In this document: positions 9,058 to 19,376 of the stretch, one piece after another
Numbering within the stretch: position 1 is the first letter of the stretch
Layout: each line of letters starts with the position of its first letter
DNA from: a virus
Reading direction: 5' to 3' (one strand)
IMG/VR virus record: IMGVR_UViG_3300045988_179014
Location: 64,001 to 128,000 of that record
Length of the DNA: 64,000 nt
Notes under the pieces: model-generated
Told to the model about the DNA's origin: nothing
Seen by the model: only the letters and a program-made list of their open reading frames with translations
Database searches by the model: none
Program-made: the position numbers and the translations under genes

Positions 9058-10595
9058 TTCAATCCTCCGCTCACCCGAGGGAACAACCCTCCGGAAACTT
9101 GGCATGTAGCGTGCACTTCTTGACTGTCATCAATATCGACGGAAACCGGGGATGCTTCACATTTTCCGGCTTCTTTGTACATGAACCACGACAATGGATT
9201 CCACCCTGGTTGCAATGTGTAAACTGTGAACTCTGGAACCACATCAGCAATGGTCTCACCAGTGTTGTAAATCACGCCCACTGCCTCATTTGTACTGCTC
9301 TCATATTCAAACTGTTGAAATGAAGCAGCTCCTTTGTCTGGTAGGTCGGTTTTGAACGAACCAGGCACAGAGAAATAATTCACCAAAGACAGAAGAATTA
9401 TTAGTGTTACCACTGGAAGAATCATGGCTACACGTTCCAAAGTTTTTGTGGCTTCCAATAATGGTTTCAAAAATTTACCGAAGAAAGGAATCTTGGTTAA
9501 TACTCCCAAAACAGCTTTAACTATTTTGAAAACAAATCCTGTCAGGAAAATATATGGTTTCTTTAGTTTAGCGAGAATCTTCTTGAAAACGTTATTGGTT
9601 TTGTCAGAGTTAGATTTTTGTTTCTTCAATGGTTTTGGCAACTCAGACTTGTCATCATCATGCATGTCAGTTTTGGATTCTTCTGACTCATCATGTATGT
9701 TGTCATATGAAGAAGAGGTATCTGGAATTTCTTCACCTTTCATGTCAGCACGAATCTGAGTTTTTATCAAGGCAATACGGTTTTTGAGACGGTCCATCAA
9801 AGTAGGTTTTGTGTCTACAGGCTCAGAAGATGATGGGATTGCTGTATCGTCATTTTCCGTATTGGAATCTTCCTCCATGTTTTCTGGAGAGTTGTCACCA
9901 TTTTCCGAGATGAAATCAGAAACATCCTCTTCTGTTGTTTCTTCCACAAATTCGTTATCATCAAACTCGGAATCAACAGTTTCTTCATTCAAGAAGTCAT
10001 CTGAATAACTGGGTTCCGTGTTTTCTGCGACAACATCATCCCAGCCAGAAGGATACTCGTTTGGAACAGATTGTGGACTTTCTTCTGTATCAGGTTGCCA
10101 TGAATCAGCTTCACTCAAATCCTCTATATTCTCGGAATCCGCGACATCTCGATTGCTGGAAGTGCCAGTATTGTCATCAATTAGGCTCAAAATGGCTTGA
10201 AGTTCATCTGACTCGTCTTGGTATGTATCATCCAAGACCTCTACAGTGGACCCAAGAGCCTCTGTGGCGCGATTTGAGGGGTTTTCGGGTTTGACCCTAA
10301 GGAAACCTCCATCCAAGCTCTCTGATGGCGTAGAAACCGTCTCAGGGTCAATCTCAAATGGTGTCTCTGTCACATCATCCAATCCCAACAACCGGTCTAG
10401 TTCATCTTCTTCCAAAGCAGATACAGATACCGCTGTCATGGATTCAGTCAGAGGCGGTAATGCTTCCTCTTCCTCAAACTCATTAGAAGACGAATATGAT
10501 GACGAAGGTTTAATTTGTCCCTCATCATCCTCCATCAACAACTCCTCCAATTGGTCCTGTGGGGTTGTCTTGGCATAATTGTGCGGGATGGCCAT
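9054..10595 (-). CDS. highly acidic (D/E-rich) protein with a C-terminal hydrophobic segment
   Basis: 513-aa ORF; long acidic low-complexity N-terminal two-thirds; hydrophobic stretch VVTLIILLSLVNYFSV near the C-terminus. Confidence 0.55.
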   Translation of the reverse strand: MAIPHNYAKTTPQDQLEELLMEDDEGQIKPSSSYSSSNEFEEEEALPPLTESMTAVSVSALEEDELDRLLGLDDVTETPFEIDPETVSTPSESLDGGFLRVKPENPSNRATEALGSTVEVLDDTYQDESDELQAILSLIDDNTGTSSNRDVADSENIEDLSEADSWQPDTEESPQSVPNEYPSGWDDVVAENTEPSYSDDFLNEETVDSEFDDNEFVEETTEEDVSDFISENGDNSPENMEEDSNTENDDTAIPSSSEPVDTKPTLMDRLKNRIALIKTQIRADMKGEEIPDTSSSYDNIHDESEESKTDMHDDDKSELPKPLKKQKSNSDKTNNVFKKILAKLKKPYIFLTGFVFKIVKAVLGVLTKIPFFGKFLKPLLEATKTLERVAMILPVVTLIILLSLVNYFSVPGSFKTDLPDKGAASFQQFEYESSTNEAVGVIYNTGETIADVVPEFTVYTLQPGWNPLSWFMYKEAGKCEASPVSVDIDDSQEVHATCQVSGGLFPRVSGGLK

Positions 10596-10603
10596 AACAG
10601 TCC

Positions 10604-13360
10604 TTACATTGTGTCAGATAGGATGGAAGGGTCAAAAATACCAAAATCATAATTCTCAACCCCAACATACCGTTCAATAATCTCTTCCACCTTCTGTGTT
10701 TTTCCAGTTCGATATCCAGAATCCACATAGTTCAAGGTTTCAACCGCATCAGTGACCTCATCAGGTGAAGCGGCTATTTCGGCATTGTTGTATGACAGAG
10801 CAGGTGGCCATGTTCTTATCGATTCAGTGTTTTTCTTGGGAGTTCTCTGTTTTCCAACAATATGATTGCTTTCTCCTGCCAGAGTATGTTGTTGTTGAGA
10901 CGTTTTTAATGCGTTTTCAGCATCGACTCTAGGATGACGACCTGCTTTAGCATCTTCATCCATGATGTTCAACGCCGTTTCATACAAAGCAGTGTTGCGT
11001 TCAGACACTTTCCGTAAAGCTCCATACAATGCCACATGAATTGGGAAACGACCTGGAATCTTCTCACCCAAATTTTTTGGAAGTATTTGAGCAAGTTTCT
11101 TCTTCTGTGTTAAATTCTCTTTGGATGTCTTAAAGCGAATCCGAATAGGCATTGTTCCATCATCAGCCAACCGTAACGGACGAAGACTTGTGATTCTGGC
11201 GGAATAGGGATTGTCTCCTTTCCCTGGTCTGAAAGTTATTTCCATGACATAGACTGCGTTGAGTTCCAGTTCATCCAACGGTTTCACAGTATTGTCCAAA
11301 ACCATGGCGCGTGCTTCCTTGGATACATCATTGTCACCAGCTTCATATACTTTACGAATAGTGTCTTGTGCCACTGTCTTGTCCAATCCTTTTACAACAT
11401 CAGGAGACAATCTGGCTGTCATGTAATCCGTTCCATCGTCAATTGACAGTATGAGAGATTTTCCATTACGGTTGCTTTTTTTGACGATTTCAATAATAGA
11501 TGCCGTCAATCTGATACGACTGGTTTTACTGGTTTTCAACAGTTTGGCAATAGTTATTCCTTGGTTGAGTTGTCCGGCATGCTCCAAAGGATGTCCTGTA
11601 AGATACAGACCAACCATGTCCGCCTCTTTTTGAAGTTTGACTGTATGAGGATAATCAGGCCCATCCAAAGGTATCTCTGTTGGGTCGTCTTCTTCCAGCA
11701 TGTCAAACAATGAAGTACCTTTGGAGTTTTTCACTCTGACATCACCCATGAGATTCGTGATTTGCTCCACCACGGCTTTACGGCTGACTCCCATACGGTC
11801 AAATGCTCCTGCCATGGCCAAAGACTCATATACTTTACGATTGGTGAGACCCAATGGCATACAACGGTCCACAAAATTTTGAACAGATGTATATATTCCG
11901 TTTTTCTCACGTTCATCAACAATAATGCTGGCAACCTCATCAGACACATTGCTGACACCGCCGATACCGAACAAAATGTCTTTCCCACTATGATGTGCAA
12001 AATCAGGAGCAACTTTGATACCGGACAGGTTGATGTCAATAGTACCAACACTGATACCCATACGATTTGCTTCACGGAGAAACGAAAGCGTCTTTTTCTT
12101 GTCACCAACATTTTGTGCAATCAGAGCAGCCATGAACTCAATGGGATAGTTGGCTTTCAAATAAGCACTCTGATAAGCATTCATTGCATAAGCGACGGAA
12201 TGGGACTTGTTGAATCCATATTTGGCGAATTCTGCAATAGTGTCCCATAGTACGGAAATAGCCTCTTCTGGATAACCATTTGCCAAAGCCCCTTCAAAGA
12301 ATTTGGGTTTCATGGACATCATCACAGCCATTTTCTTCTTACCCATGGCTTTACGCAGGTCATCACCTTCCTGCAAAGTCATACCTGCAATGTCAGAAGC
12401 AATACGCATAATCTGCTCCTGATAAACACACAAACCAAAAGTATCACCTAGAATTGTTTCCAGAGGAGAATTTTTGAATGCCGGGTGAATGTAATCAATG
12501 TCTTCCCGCCCATTTTTACGGTCAGCATATTTAATGTGTGACAGCATGTGCATGGGTCCAGGTCGTGCCACTGCGGTACATGCAGACAAGTCATTGAAAT
12601 TGGTTGGTTTCATCAGTTTCAGAAGATTCCGGACCATGTCAGAACCAAACTGAAAAACCCCAATAGTGTTAGCATCTTGAAACAATTTATAGGTTTTGGG
12701 GTCATCCATTTTGCCATGAATGATGTCCAACATGTTAGGTGGAGTTTTCCCGGATTTGATGATGTACTCAACACTATGTTGAATAAGGTCTACAGTATCC
12801 AAACCCAGAAAATCCATTTTGATGAGACCCATGTCTTCAAGTTCCGGGTATGTCCATTGTGTGATTACTCGACCATCATCTTGACGCACTTGAAGTGGAA
12901 TGACGTCATGTAAAGGTTCTGATGAAATAATGATTCCACAAGCATGCACCCCAGTGGATTTGTTACGACCTTCAATATTTCGTGCACCTTCAATAATCGG
13001 CTGCCATTCAGGGGTTGATGTTGCTGCACGGAATTCAGCCGCTTCTGTATAACGGTCACTATCAGGATTGTAGATGTCCTCCAAACTGCATTCGACACCT
13101 TCAATGGGCGGGGGAACCAATGCAGCAATTTTCCCGGCCTGAACAAACGGAATGTTGTAAATGTTGCACATGGCTTTGATGGCGCCTTTTGCAGCCAATG
13201 TGCCAAACGTAATGATGTTGCAAACGTTGTCTTTACCATACAGATTCGTGACATACTCAACAGCTTTTTCACGAACAGTAGTGTTGAAATCACTGTCCAC
13301 ATCGGGGTTGGACCCTGCTTTGATGATTTCAATAGACTTGATTTTCTTCGTTGCCACCAT
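10604..13360 (-). CDS. dnaE: DNA polymerase III alpha (DnaE-type) C-terminal part: palm catalytic aspartates onward, thumb/fingers, OB
   Basis: N-terminus GSNPDVDSDF aligns to E. coli DnaE PDFDVDF (catalytic D401/D403), and IITFGTLAAKGAIK to IITFGTMAAKAVIR. 918 aa. Confidence 0.85.
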   Translation of the reverse strand: MVATKKIKSIEIIKAGSNPDVDSDFNTTVREKAVEYVTNLYGKDNVCNIITFGTLAAKGAIKAMCNIYNIPFVQAGKIAALVPPPIEGVECSLEDIYNPDSDRYTEAAEFRAATSTPEWQPIIEGARNIEGRNKSTGVHACGIIISSEPLHDVIPLQVRQDDGRVITQWTYPELEDMGLIKMDFLGLDTVDLIQHSVEYIIKSGKTPPNMLDIIHGKMDDPKTYKLFQDANTIGVFQFGSDMVRNLLKLMKPTNFNDLSACTAVARPGPMHMLSHIKYADRKNGREDIDYIHPAFKNSPLETILGDTFGLCVYQEQIMRIASDIAGMTLQEGDDLRKAMGKKKMAVMMSMKPKFFEGALANGYPEEAISVLWDTIAEFAKYGFNKSHSVAYAMNAYQSAYLKANYPIEFMAALIAQNVGDKKKTLSFLREANRMGISVGTIDINLSGIKVAPDFAHHSGKDILFGIGGVSNVSDEVASIIVDEREKNGIYTSVQNFVDRCMPLGLTNRKVYESLAMAGAFDRMGVSRKAVVEQITNLMGDVRVKNSKGTSLFDMLEEDDPTEIPLDGPDYPHTVKLQKEADMVGLYLTGHPLEHAGQLNQGITIAKLLKTSKTSRIRLTASIIEIVKKSNRNGKSLILSIDDGTDYMTARLSPDVVKGLDKTVAQDTIRKVYEAGDNDVSKEARAMVLDNTVKPLDELELNAVYVMEITFRPGKGDNPYSARITSLRPLRLADDGTMPIRIRFKTSKENLTQKKKLAQILPKNLGEKIPGRFPIHVALYGALRKVSERNTALYETALNIMDEDAKAGRHPRVDAENALKTSQQQHTLAGESNHIVGKQRTPKKNTESIRTWPPALSYNNAEIAASPDEVTDAVETLNYVDSGYRTGKTQKVEEIIERYVGVENYDFGIFDPSILSDTM

Positions 13361-13717
13361 GTAAAAACTCCGATTTGACCGTATTTTATCTACACATTAT
13401 TTTAACAAAGGAGATACAACCTACTATATTGGACTCAACCAAACACTAGACTATAATCAGTATTTAATATACGTCTTATTATAATCAAACTCTCCCAAAC
13501 GAATTTGATACGAAACCATTCATCGTATAAAACAACGAAACACTTCCTTCAATGCCGTTTATATTGATTTATGAACTGTAAAATGTTTTTAGATTGTGAA
13601 GAAGGGTTCCGTATTTATGGTAAATATATTTTTCTAATGCTTGGGAAACTATATGATTTTAGGTGTTTATTAAAATAATAATATAATGTACCCACATTGA
13701 AGTATAATTGTTAATTG

Positions 13718-14815
13718 TTACTCATTGTTGCGTGATTCCATTATTTTTTGAAGTTTGGACAATTTATCCAAACCTTTCACAATTGCAATTTCCAAATGAA
13801 TACGTGAATCTGCTCCGAGAGTCATGTGTCGTAATGACTCGCCGATTTCTTGAGCCATGATTTCAACACCTTTGCGACCAAGAAGCCCTTTTGCAACATT
13901 CTTGAGATTTTTCACAGGAGGAACAGCAACAAGTGTTTTGTCAGCTCCACAAATGAGAAGCAATAAATCACGCAAATCGGAGAACAGCTGCTCAGCCAAA
14001 TCCTGTCCTTCATATCCTTGTGAATGTGCTTCAGCTATCACCTCTAAACAACGACTCAGGTTTCGGGTTCCAAGCGCTTCCAACAGTTCAGCTTCCACAG
14101 GTGTTGCAATGTCTCCAGTGGATAGAATCCCCTCTAAAGCGCTGAGAGCATCACGTACCGAACCTCGCCCCTGTCGTACAGCTTCGTCGATTTGCGCTTG
14201 CTCTACAGCAATGTGTTCCTTCTCAAGAATGCTGACTAGAAAATCCGACATCACATTAGGTGTTACCAGACCAAAACGACGTGCTTGAATACGAGAATGG
14301 ATAGTGTCTGGTACTTTCTCCACTTCTGTTGAACACAAGATGAACAAAGCAGGCATGTCTTTGTCTTCCAGCGGAATCAGTAAAGCGTCAAAAGCGGCTT
14401 TCGACAGATTGTGCACTTCATCCAAAATCCACACTTGTCTTTTTACCGGCGCACTTAACCGAGCGCGTTGAACCAGTGTACGTACATCATCCACAGAACC
14501 GTTATTGGCCATGGAGATATAGTTCACCCCTAATTGGCTCCCTGAATCAATAGCAGTGCAAACATCGCACTGGTTACATGGGTTCCCTTCAGGTTGAATA
14601 TTCAAACAGTTGATTGCTTTGGCCAACAGGAGAGCGCTGGATGTTTTACCAGTGCCTCTAGGCCCAAAAAACCCATAAGCAGTCGGTAGAGCGTTCTTCA
14701 TCACTGCTGCCTGTAAACTGCGTGCTACTTTCTCTTGTCCCACCAAATCGCTCCATACGGCAGGACGGTATTTTTTGTACAACTCAACATGTGTGGACGA
14801 ATCTTGATTAGTCAT
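13718..14815 (-). CDS. dnaX: clamp-loader ATPase, DnaX (gamma/tau)-like
   Basis: Walker A GPRGTGKTS; zinc module CLNIQPEGNPCNQCDVC; Walker B ILDEVH; sensor SRIQ. Confidence 0.85.
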   Translation of the reverse strand: MTNQDSSTHVELYKKYRPAVWSDLVGQEKVARSLQAAVMKNALPTAYGFFGPRGTGKTSSALLLAKAINCLNIQPEGNPCNQCDVCTAIDSGSQLGVNYISMANNGSVDDVRTLVQRARLSAPVKRQVWILDEVHNLSKAAFDALLIPLEDKDMPALFILCSTEVEKVPDTIHSRIQARRFGLVTPNVMSDFLVSILEKEHIAVEQAQIDEAVRQGRGSVRDALSALEGILSTGDIATPVEAELLEALGTRNLSRCLEVIAEAHSQGYEGQDLAEQLFSDLRDLLLLICGADKTLVAVPPVKNLKNVAKGLLGRKGVEIMAQEIGESLRHMTLGADSRIHLEIAIVKGLDKLSKLQKIMESRNNE

Positions 14816-14831
14816 GGTTAAATTCTACCTC

Positions 14832-16322
14832 TCAGGATTCTTCAACTGGAACATCAAAAACTTCGTCACCAACAGACAATTGATGAATATAACGTTTCAC
14901 AGCTTTGGGTTTCCCTTCATCTGTTCGTTTGACCACACCTTTTTGTCCAGACACGATAATTCGTTCACTCGAACCATCTTCATATGTCAGTTGATAGGTG
15001 GCTCCACGTCCAGCCGATAAGAAGCGTTCAAAAATGAGGTCATGTTCAATGGGGTCAATTTCGGAAATTCCCAACTCATATGCGTGAATGGACCCACCAA
15101 TGGACCCACGACCCACACCAATGGAGGATGCCAAGATTTCATCTCCTTTGCCTTTGGTGGAGTATAGGTCACGGGTATGCACCAAATAGTCTCGCACCAC
15201 CAACATGTATCCAATGAAATCTGATGAGTGGATAACTTCAAACTCATGCTTATTGCGACGCATGGCTTCTTCCTGAATTTCTCGTGGTTTCCCGCCATAA
15301 CGTTGCTTGAAACCTTCCTTCAACAGATGACGGTAATATTCCACTTCATCATGGAATTCAGGTGGAATAACTGGTCGCGGTTTCAGATGCGGATTGAAGT
15401 TCAAGCTGATATCTGAAGCCATTTCAGTAATTGCCAACGAATTGGTCAAAGCGTCAGGAAACTCATCAGGTGGAAACAATGCTGCCATTTCTTGAGCTGA
15501 TTTCAGATAGTATTCATCCCCACTGAATGCGAATCGTCGTCCACCTTCATCATAAGTCGCATCAGACATTCGTGAACCAGATTGGACACACAACATTTCT
15601 TCATGTGCTTTGAAGTCTTTCTTGTGCGCATAATGGCAATCATTTGTCACCAACAGAGGCAATTGAAGTTTTCGAGCCATTTCCAATTGTTTTGGCAATA
15701 ATGCTCGTTCCAAATCAATTGGCATGTTGTGGTCCATTATCTCCATGAAAAGTTTGTCTTGGAAAACTTCTTTCAGCTGATTGGCATGGTTGTATGCTTG
15801 TTGGTCTTGTCCCAACAGGAATCTGGTGCTGATTTCTGATGATGGACAGCCTGTTGCCACCACCAATCCTTCAGCATGGTCTGCTAACATGCCAAAATCA
15901 ATTCGTGGTCTCTGGAAAAAATGTGCCGGGTCGTTTGAAAGAGTGGACAGTTTGAACAGATTTGTCAATCCCACATTGTTGTAAGCCCATACTGTAATGT
16001 GAAGATAGGCCCCACCTGCTGACACATCATTGGCCGCCCCGCGTTTACCATTATTGCCATAGAACACAGGTTCCAACAATTTGGCTCCTTCTGGATTCAC
16101 AGGCGCCATGTAAAATTCGCAGCCGGGAACGGGAATCATACCAGCGTCACGTACTTTCTTGATGAATCCATAAAGACCGAACACATTTCCATGGTCTGAT
16201 TGTCCCAACCCACGCATACCAAAATCTGATGCCACTTGAATGTATTCAGAATCCTTGGAATAACCATCCAACATGGAATTATGAGTATGTGTATGAAGTG
16301 AAACATATTCTGGTTCAGTCAT
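14832..16322 (-). CDS. dnaE: DNA polymerase III alpha (DnaE-type) N-terminal part: PHP domain plus first part of palm
   Basis: N-terminus HTHTHNSMLDG (PHP). GYMLVVRDY...GVGRGSIGGSIHAYELGISEIDPIEHDLIFERFL aligns to E. coli GYFLIVADFI...[34 protein letters not shown]. The ORF ends about 55 aa after FERFL, before the catalytic aspartates. Confidence 0.85.
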   Translation of the reverse strand: MTEPEYVSLHTHTHNSMLDGYSKDSEYIQVASDFGMRGLGQSDHGNVFGLYGFIKKVRDAGMIPVPGCEFYMAPVNPEGAKLLEPVFYGNNGKRGAANDVSAGGAYLHITVWAYNNVGLTNLFKLSTLSNDPAHFFQRPRIDFGMLADHAEGLVVATGCPSSEISTRFLLGQDQQAYNHANQLKEVFQDKLFMEIMDHNMPIDLERALLPKQLEMARKLQLPLLVTNDCHYAHKKDFKAHEEMLCVQSGSRMSDATYDEGGRRFAFSGDEYYLKSAQEMAALFPPDEFPDALTNSLAITEMASDISLNFNPHLKPRPVIPPEFHDEVEYYRHLLKEGFKQRYGGKPREIQEEAMRRNKHEFEVIHSSDFIGYMLVVRDYLVHTRDLYSTKGKGDEILASSIGVGRGSIGGSIHAYELGISEIDPIEHDLIFERFLSAGRGATYQLTYEDGSSERIIVSGQKGVVKRTDEGKPKAVKRYIHQLSVGDEVFDVPVEES

Positions 16323-17544
16323 CAGTCAAAGACCCTTCTTCTGTCATGTTGGAATCATTCTCAGATGAATCATTATAATCTGAATTGTCTGATTCATCCA
16401 ATTCGTCATCACTCTTATTTGTCTTGCCAATACGAGCTAACGCCAAGTATTGTTTATCACTGATGGGATGAACAAATGGAGACAATTCACCATCGATGAT
16501 AGACAACAAATCCTCAGTTTTTTCATCATTCCCTGACAGCAATACTTTGGCTTTAATCAAACCAACTGGTAGTTTCTTCTTGGTGTCAGGTAAACCAGCG
16601 CCAATGATTCGTATTTTGTCTCGTGACCCTGATTTGTTTCTCATATCTAGTAGTACTGGAGTAATTTGCGCCCCACGTGCTCGCCAGAGAGGAGCTTTCT
16701 TCAACGCAAGATGTAATAACCATGGATTGATGTTTTTCCCTTTGTACCCAAGTGAATCATTTTTACGGCCAATGGTTCCAAAGGCTTCATCCATGCGAAC
16801 AGGGTGAAGTAAATAAGCTCTGTCACGCCATACCAGGACTGAACCTGATTCCTCGTCATCACGTAATACCATGGATTCCCAACCGGCTAGTTCAGCCCCA
16901 CGAATAATGGTTTCCGCCAAAGTGTCATCCAATACATTTGTTGGCATGTCAATTGTTTTGAATCTGGTTTTACGGGTCAATTTGTAGAAAAACAAAAAGA
17001 CCATCAAGGCCACTGGAATCCCCAGCAATGCACTCCATATGACCGGAACTCTAAAAGCAATCATGATGTATGCACTGGTGAAACCCAAGGTAGTAGCTAT
17101 TCCAATGGTTCCCCAACGACTGACACCACTAGCCATGAGATAGCTGAGAGACATCAGGAAGAAAAAACAGAACAAAGTAGCGGTCATCCAAACCAGACCA
17201 CCACCTGTACGAGGTTCCACGATACTGCCAATCTGGAATCCCCATGTTGATAGAAACAATGTAAGAATACCAACAAACAATACTTTGATAATCACTCGTG
17301 CATTCATGAAAATGAACACAATGGCGCAAAAAGCCAACACGGATAAAACAGATACCCACCAATTACCTGGATTGTCAACAAGAGTGATACCAGAAACAAG
17401 AATGAGCGCAATGGCGAACACAGTCAACAAGCTTCCATTGGCTTTTATTGTGTCCAAAACCGTGTCCACCCAAATGGGGCGCTGAACATGAGAAGATGAT
17501 TCGGTAATTGGTCTTTTTGTCATATTTTCTCCGTTATTCTTCAT
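16315..17544 (-). CDS. polytopic membrane protein with acidic C-terminal tail
   Basis: 409 aa; multiple hydrophobic helices in the N-terminal ~200 aa; the ATG of the downstream gene overlaps its stop (ATGACTGA). Confidence 0.55.
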   Translation of the reverse strand: MKNNGENMTKRPITESSSHVQRPIWVDTVLDTIKANGSLLTVFAIALILVSGITLVDNPGNWWVSVLSVLAFCAIVFIFMNARVIIKVLFVGILTLFLSTWGFQIGSIVEPRTGGGLVWMTATLFCFFFLMSLSYLMASGVSRWGTIGIATTLGFTSAYIMIAFRVPVIWSALLGIPVALMVFLFFYKLTRKTRFKTIDMPTNVLDDTLAETIIRGAELAGWESMVLRDDEESGSVLVWRDRAYLLHPVRMDEAFGTIGRKNDSLGYKGKNINPWLLHLALKKAPLWRARGAQITPVLLDMRNKSGSRDKIRIIGAGLPDTKKKLPVGLIKAKVLLSGNDEKTEDLLSIIDGELSPFVHPISDKQYLALARIGKTNKSDDELDESDNSDYNDSSENDSNMTEEGSLTDD

Positions 17545-17605
17545 AATGGCATTTTAACTCTTGGTTCCAGGGAAGAAACATCTGGTCCACTGAAATCAAA
17601 CCCAG

Positions 17606-19330
17606 TTATAGCATGTCTTGATGGAAACGTGTATAAACATGTTTGACTTTACCCGAATCCCAAACTTTGCTCAAACCGTTCAATTCCGCCAATTCAGATT
17701 CGGTCAAATCATCCTGCCACAACAATTCCGGGTCCTTCATGAAACGCTGTTTACGGAAATTGAACTTGTGATATCGCGTGTTGCCATAAATGTAGCAATA
17801 GTCTGGTGGCAATTCTTTCTCAACCACAAACCCAGTCATGGTGTAAAGTTTTCCATCACTGATTTCATTGTCACTGAAAGTTTCCACAATGGATACATCA
17901 GGGTTCAATTCAAGAAAAGCGTGCAACAGTTTACTGAACCCACCAGGAATAATTCGTGATGTACAAAAACGGTGAAGAACAACAGTGCCTTGTTTGCCTT
18001 GTCGTGGGGAGAGTAACATAACTGCGACCAATTCTTCATCCGCGAACAAACCAAGATTATGTTTAGCTCCCACCCCTCCCTGTATGTGATGAGAGATGCA
18101 AAATTCTTTAGCCATAGAACTCTTGATTGTTTCCACATGACATTTTCGAGCACCCGTTTTAGGTAGTGAAGACAATCCTAGTTTCGTCAGTATCATTTGT
18201 TTCACAATTTCAGGATGTTGCTGCCAGTCATCTTCCCAGATTTGCAACAATTGGATTCCCGTTTTTCTGCATTCTCTCCATTTGTTGTAATGGTACCATT
18301 TGGTTTTTCCAGCGGTCTCAGAATGCCAATATAATCCATTGTATTCAATAGCAACATTGAAATCAGGTAAAAATATGTCCAGTTCTTTCCCGGACAGCAA
18401 TTTACGGTCATGACGAACCATAACACTGCCAGATGGAAGATGGGTTTGAATGAAATCCGCTATCTCGTCTTCGCCTTGGGAGCTTTGAGGATAACATTGA
18501 GGACATCGGGACTGATTTATGGTTCGATGAAAAATCAATGATTCCCATTCATGTCCTTGTTCGCACACCCAGCTACCACGCACACAGGAAGAAGGTAGAT
18601 AATTACTCAAAGGGTGGGAATTTTTAGTAGACCATTCAGCTGCTAAATGAGGGAACAATGAAGCTGCATCCGTTTTTCCGGGGTCTGCTTTGATTCCTCG
18701 ACAGTATGGACAAGCATCAATCATTTTGGTAGCAATACGTTGGTGAAGGCTGTATTGCCAACGATGGTTGCTATTTTTGCGACAAACCCATTCAACTTGT
18801 GTACGATACTCTGGTAAAGGCGACGCCCAAATTGTTTCAACAGGCCAAGGGTTTTCTGGTGAATATTCTTCTGCTATTTCAGGATATACGCTTTTCAGGT
18901 CATTTATACCAGTGACTTTCTTGTGTTTACTGCATAAAGGGCATCGACGACCCAACAGTATCAAAGCTTTTGGGGTTTGAGAATATTCATGACCTTGAGC
19001 ACATTGTAGTAAAAACCTCTGTGAACGATTTCCACGTGATACTTTACTAGGGTCCAACATATTATTTGGGTGAAGCAACGGAAGAATGTCAGGGTCAGTG
19101 GTGGCAACATCATTGAATCCTGTCAAAACGCGTCGTCCAGAACAATACGGGCACCCCAACCCTCTGTTGATTCTTAATCCCACAATCATGTCATATGAGT
19201 GGCCTCGCGGACATATCCATGCACATGTCTTACTGCTCCCAACCGATTCAGGGTCAATTGATTGTTCAGGGTCCCATTCTGACCAAACTTCTGGGTAGTC
19301 TTTGGGAAGATTGACAGGTTTGCTAGGCAT
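17606..19330 (-). CDS. zinc-ribbon-repeat (DUF4379-like) protein with Vsr/DUF559-like endonuclease-type domain and conserved C-terminal domain; putative homing endonuclease
   Basis: Repeated W-x-C-x2-GH-x-W ... GCPYC-x-N-x-KVL-x-GFNDL units. Middle motif IEYNGLYWHSE...QLLQIWEDDW. Real start is probably the ATG at 19330, which has GGAGG 7 nt upstream; the track ATG at 19360 lies inside the tmRNA terminator loop. Confidence 0.6.
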   Translation of the reverse strand: MPSKPVNLPKDYPEVWSEWDPEQSIDPESVGSSKTCAWICPRGHSYDMIVGLRINRGLGCPYCSGRRVLTGFNDVATTDPDILPLLHPNNMLDPSKVSRGNRSQRFLLQCAQGHEYSQTPKALILLGRRCPLCSKHKKVTGINDLKSVYPEIAEEYSPENPWPVETIWASPLPEYRTQVEWVCRKNSNHRWQYSLHQRIATKMIDACPYCRGIKADPGKTDAASLFPHLAAEWSTKNSHPLSNYLPSSCVRGSWVCEQGHEWESLIFHRTINQSRCPQCYPQSSQGEDEIADFIQTHLPSGSVMVRHDRKLLSGKELDIFLPDFNVAIEYNGLYWHSETAGKTKWYHYNKWRECRKTGIQLLQIWEDDWQQHPEIVKQMILTKLGLSSLPKTGARKCHVETIKSSMAKEFCISHHIQGGVGAKHNLGLFADEELVAVMLLSPRQGKQGTVVLHRFCTSRIIPGGFSKLLHAFLELNPDVSIVETFSDNEISDGKLYTMTGFVVEKELPPDYCYIYGNTRYHKFNFRKQRFMKDPELLWQDDLTESELAELNGLSKVWDSGKVKHVYTRFHQDML

Positions 19331-19331
19331 G

Positions 19332-19371
19332 AAAAAACCTCCGATACAACGCTTAAACATTATACCGGAGG
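19332..19371 (-). terminator. rho-independent terminator of tmRNA (stem cctccg/cggagg, 22-nt loop, U6)
   Basis: On the minus strand: ...cagctccacgaa CCTCCGgtataatgtttaagcgttgtatCGGAGG TTTTTTC ATG. The 3' stem half also serves as the SD for the next gene. Confidence 0.55.
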
Positions 19372-19376
19372 GTTCG

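Noticed and set aside
19358-19360. Track start codon of the 584-aa endonuclease-like ORF at 19360
   Set aside because: It lies inside the loop of the tmRNA terminator hairpin and has no SD. The ATG at 19330 has GGAGG 7 nt upstream.
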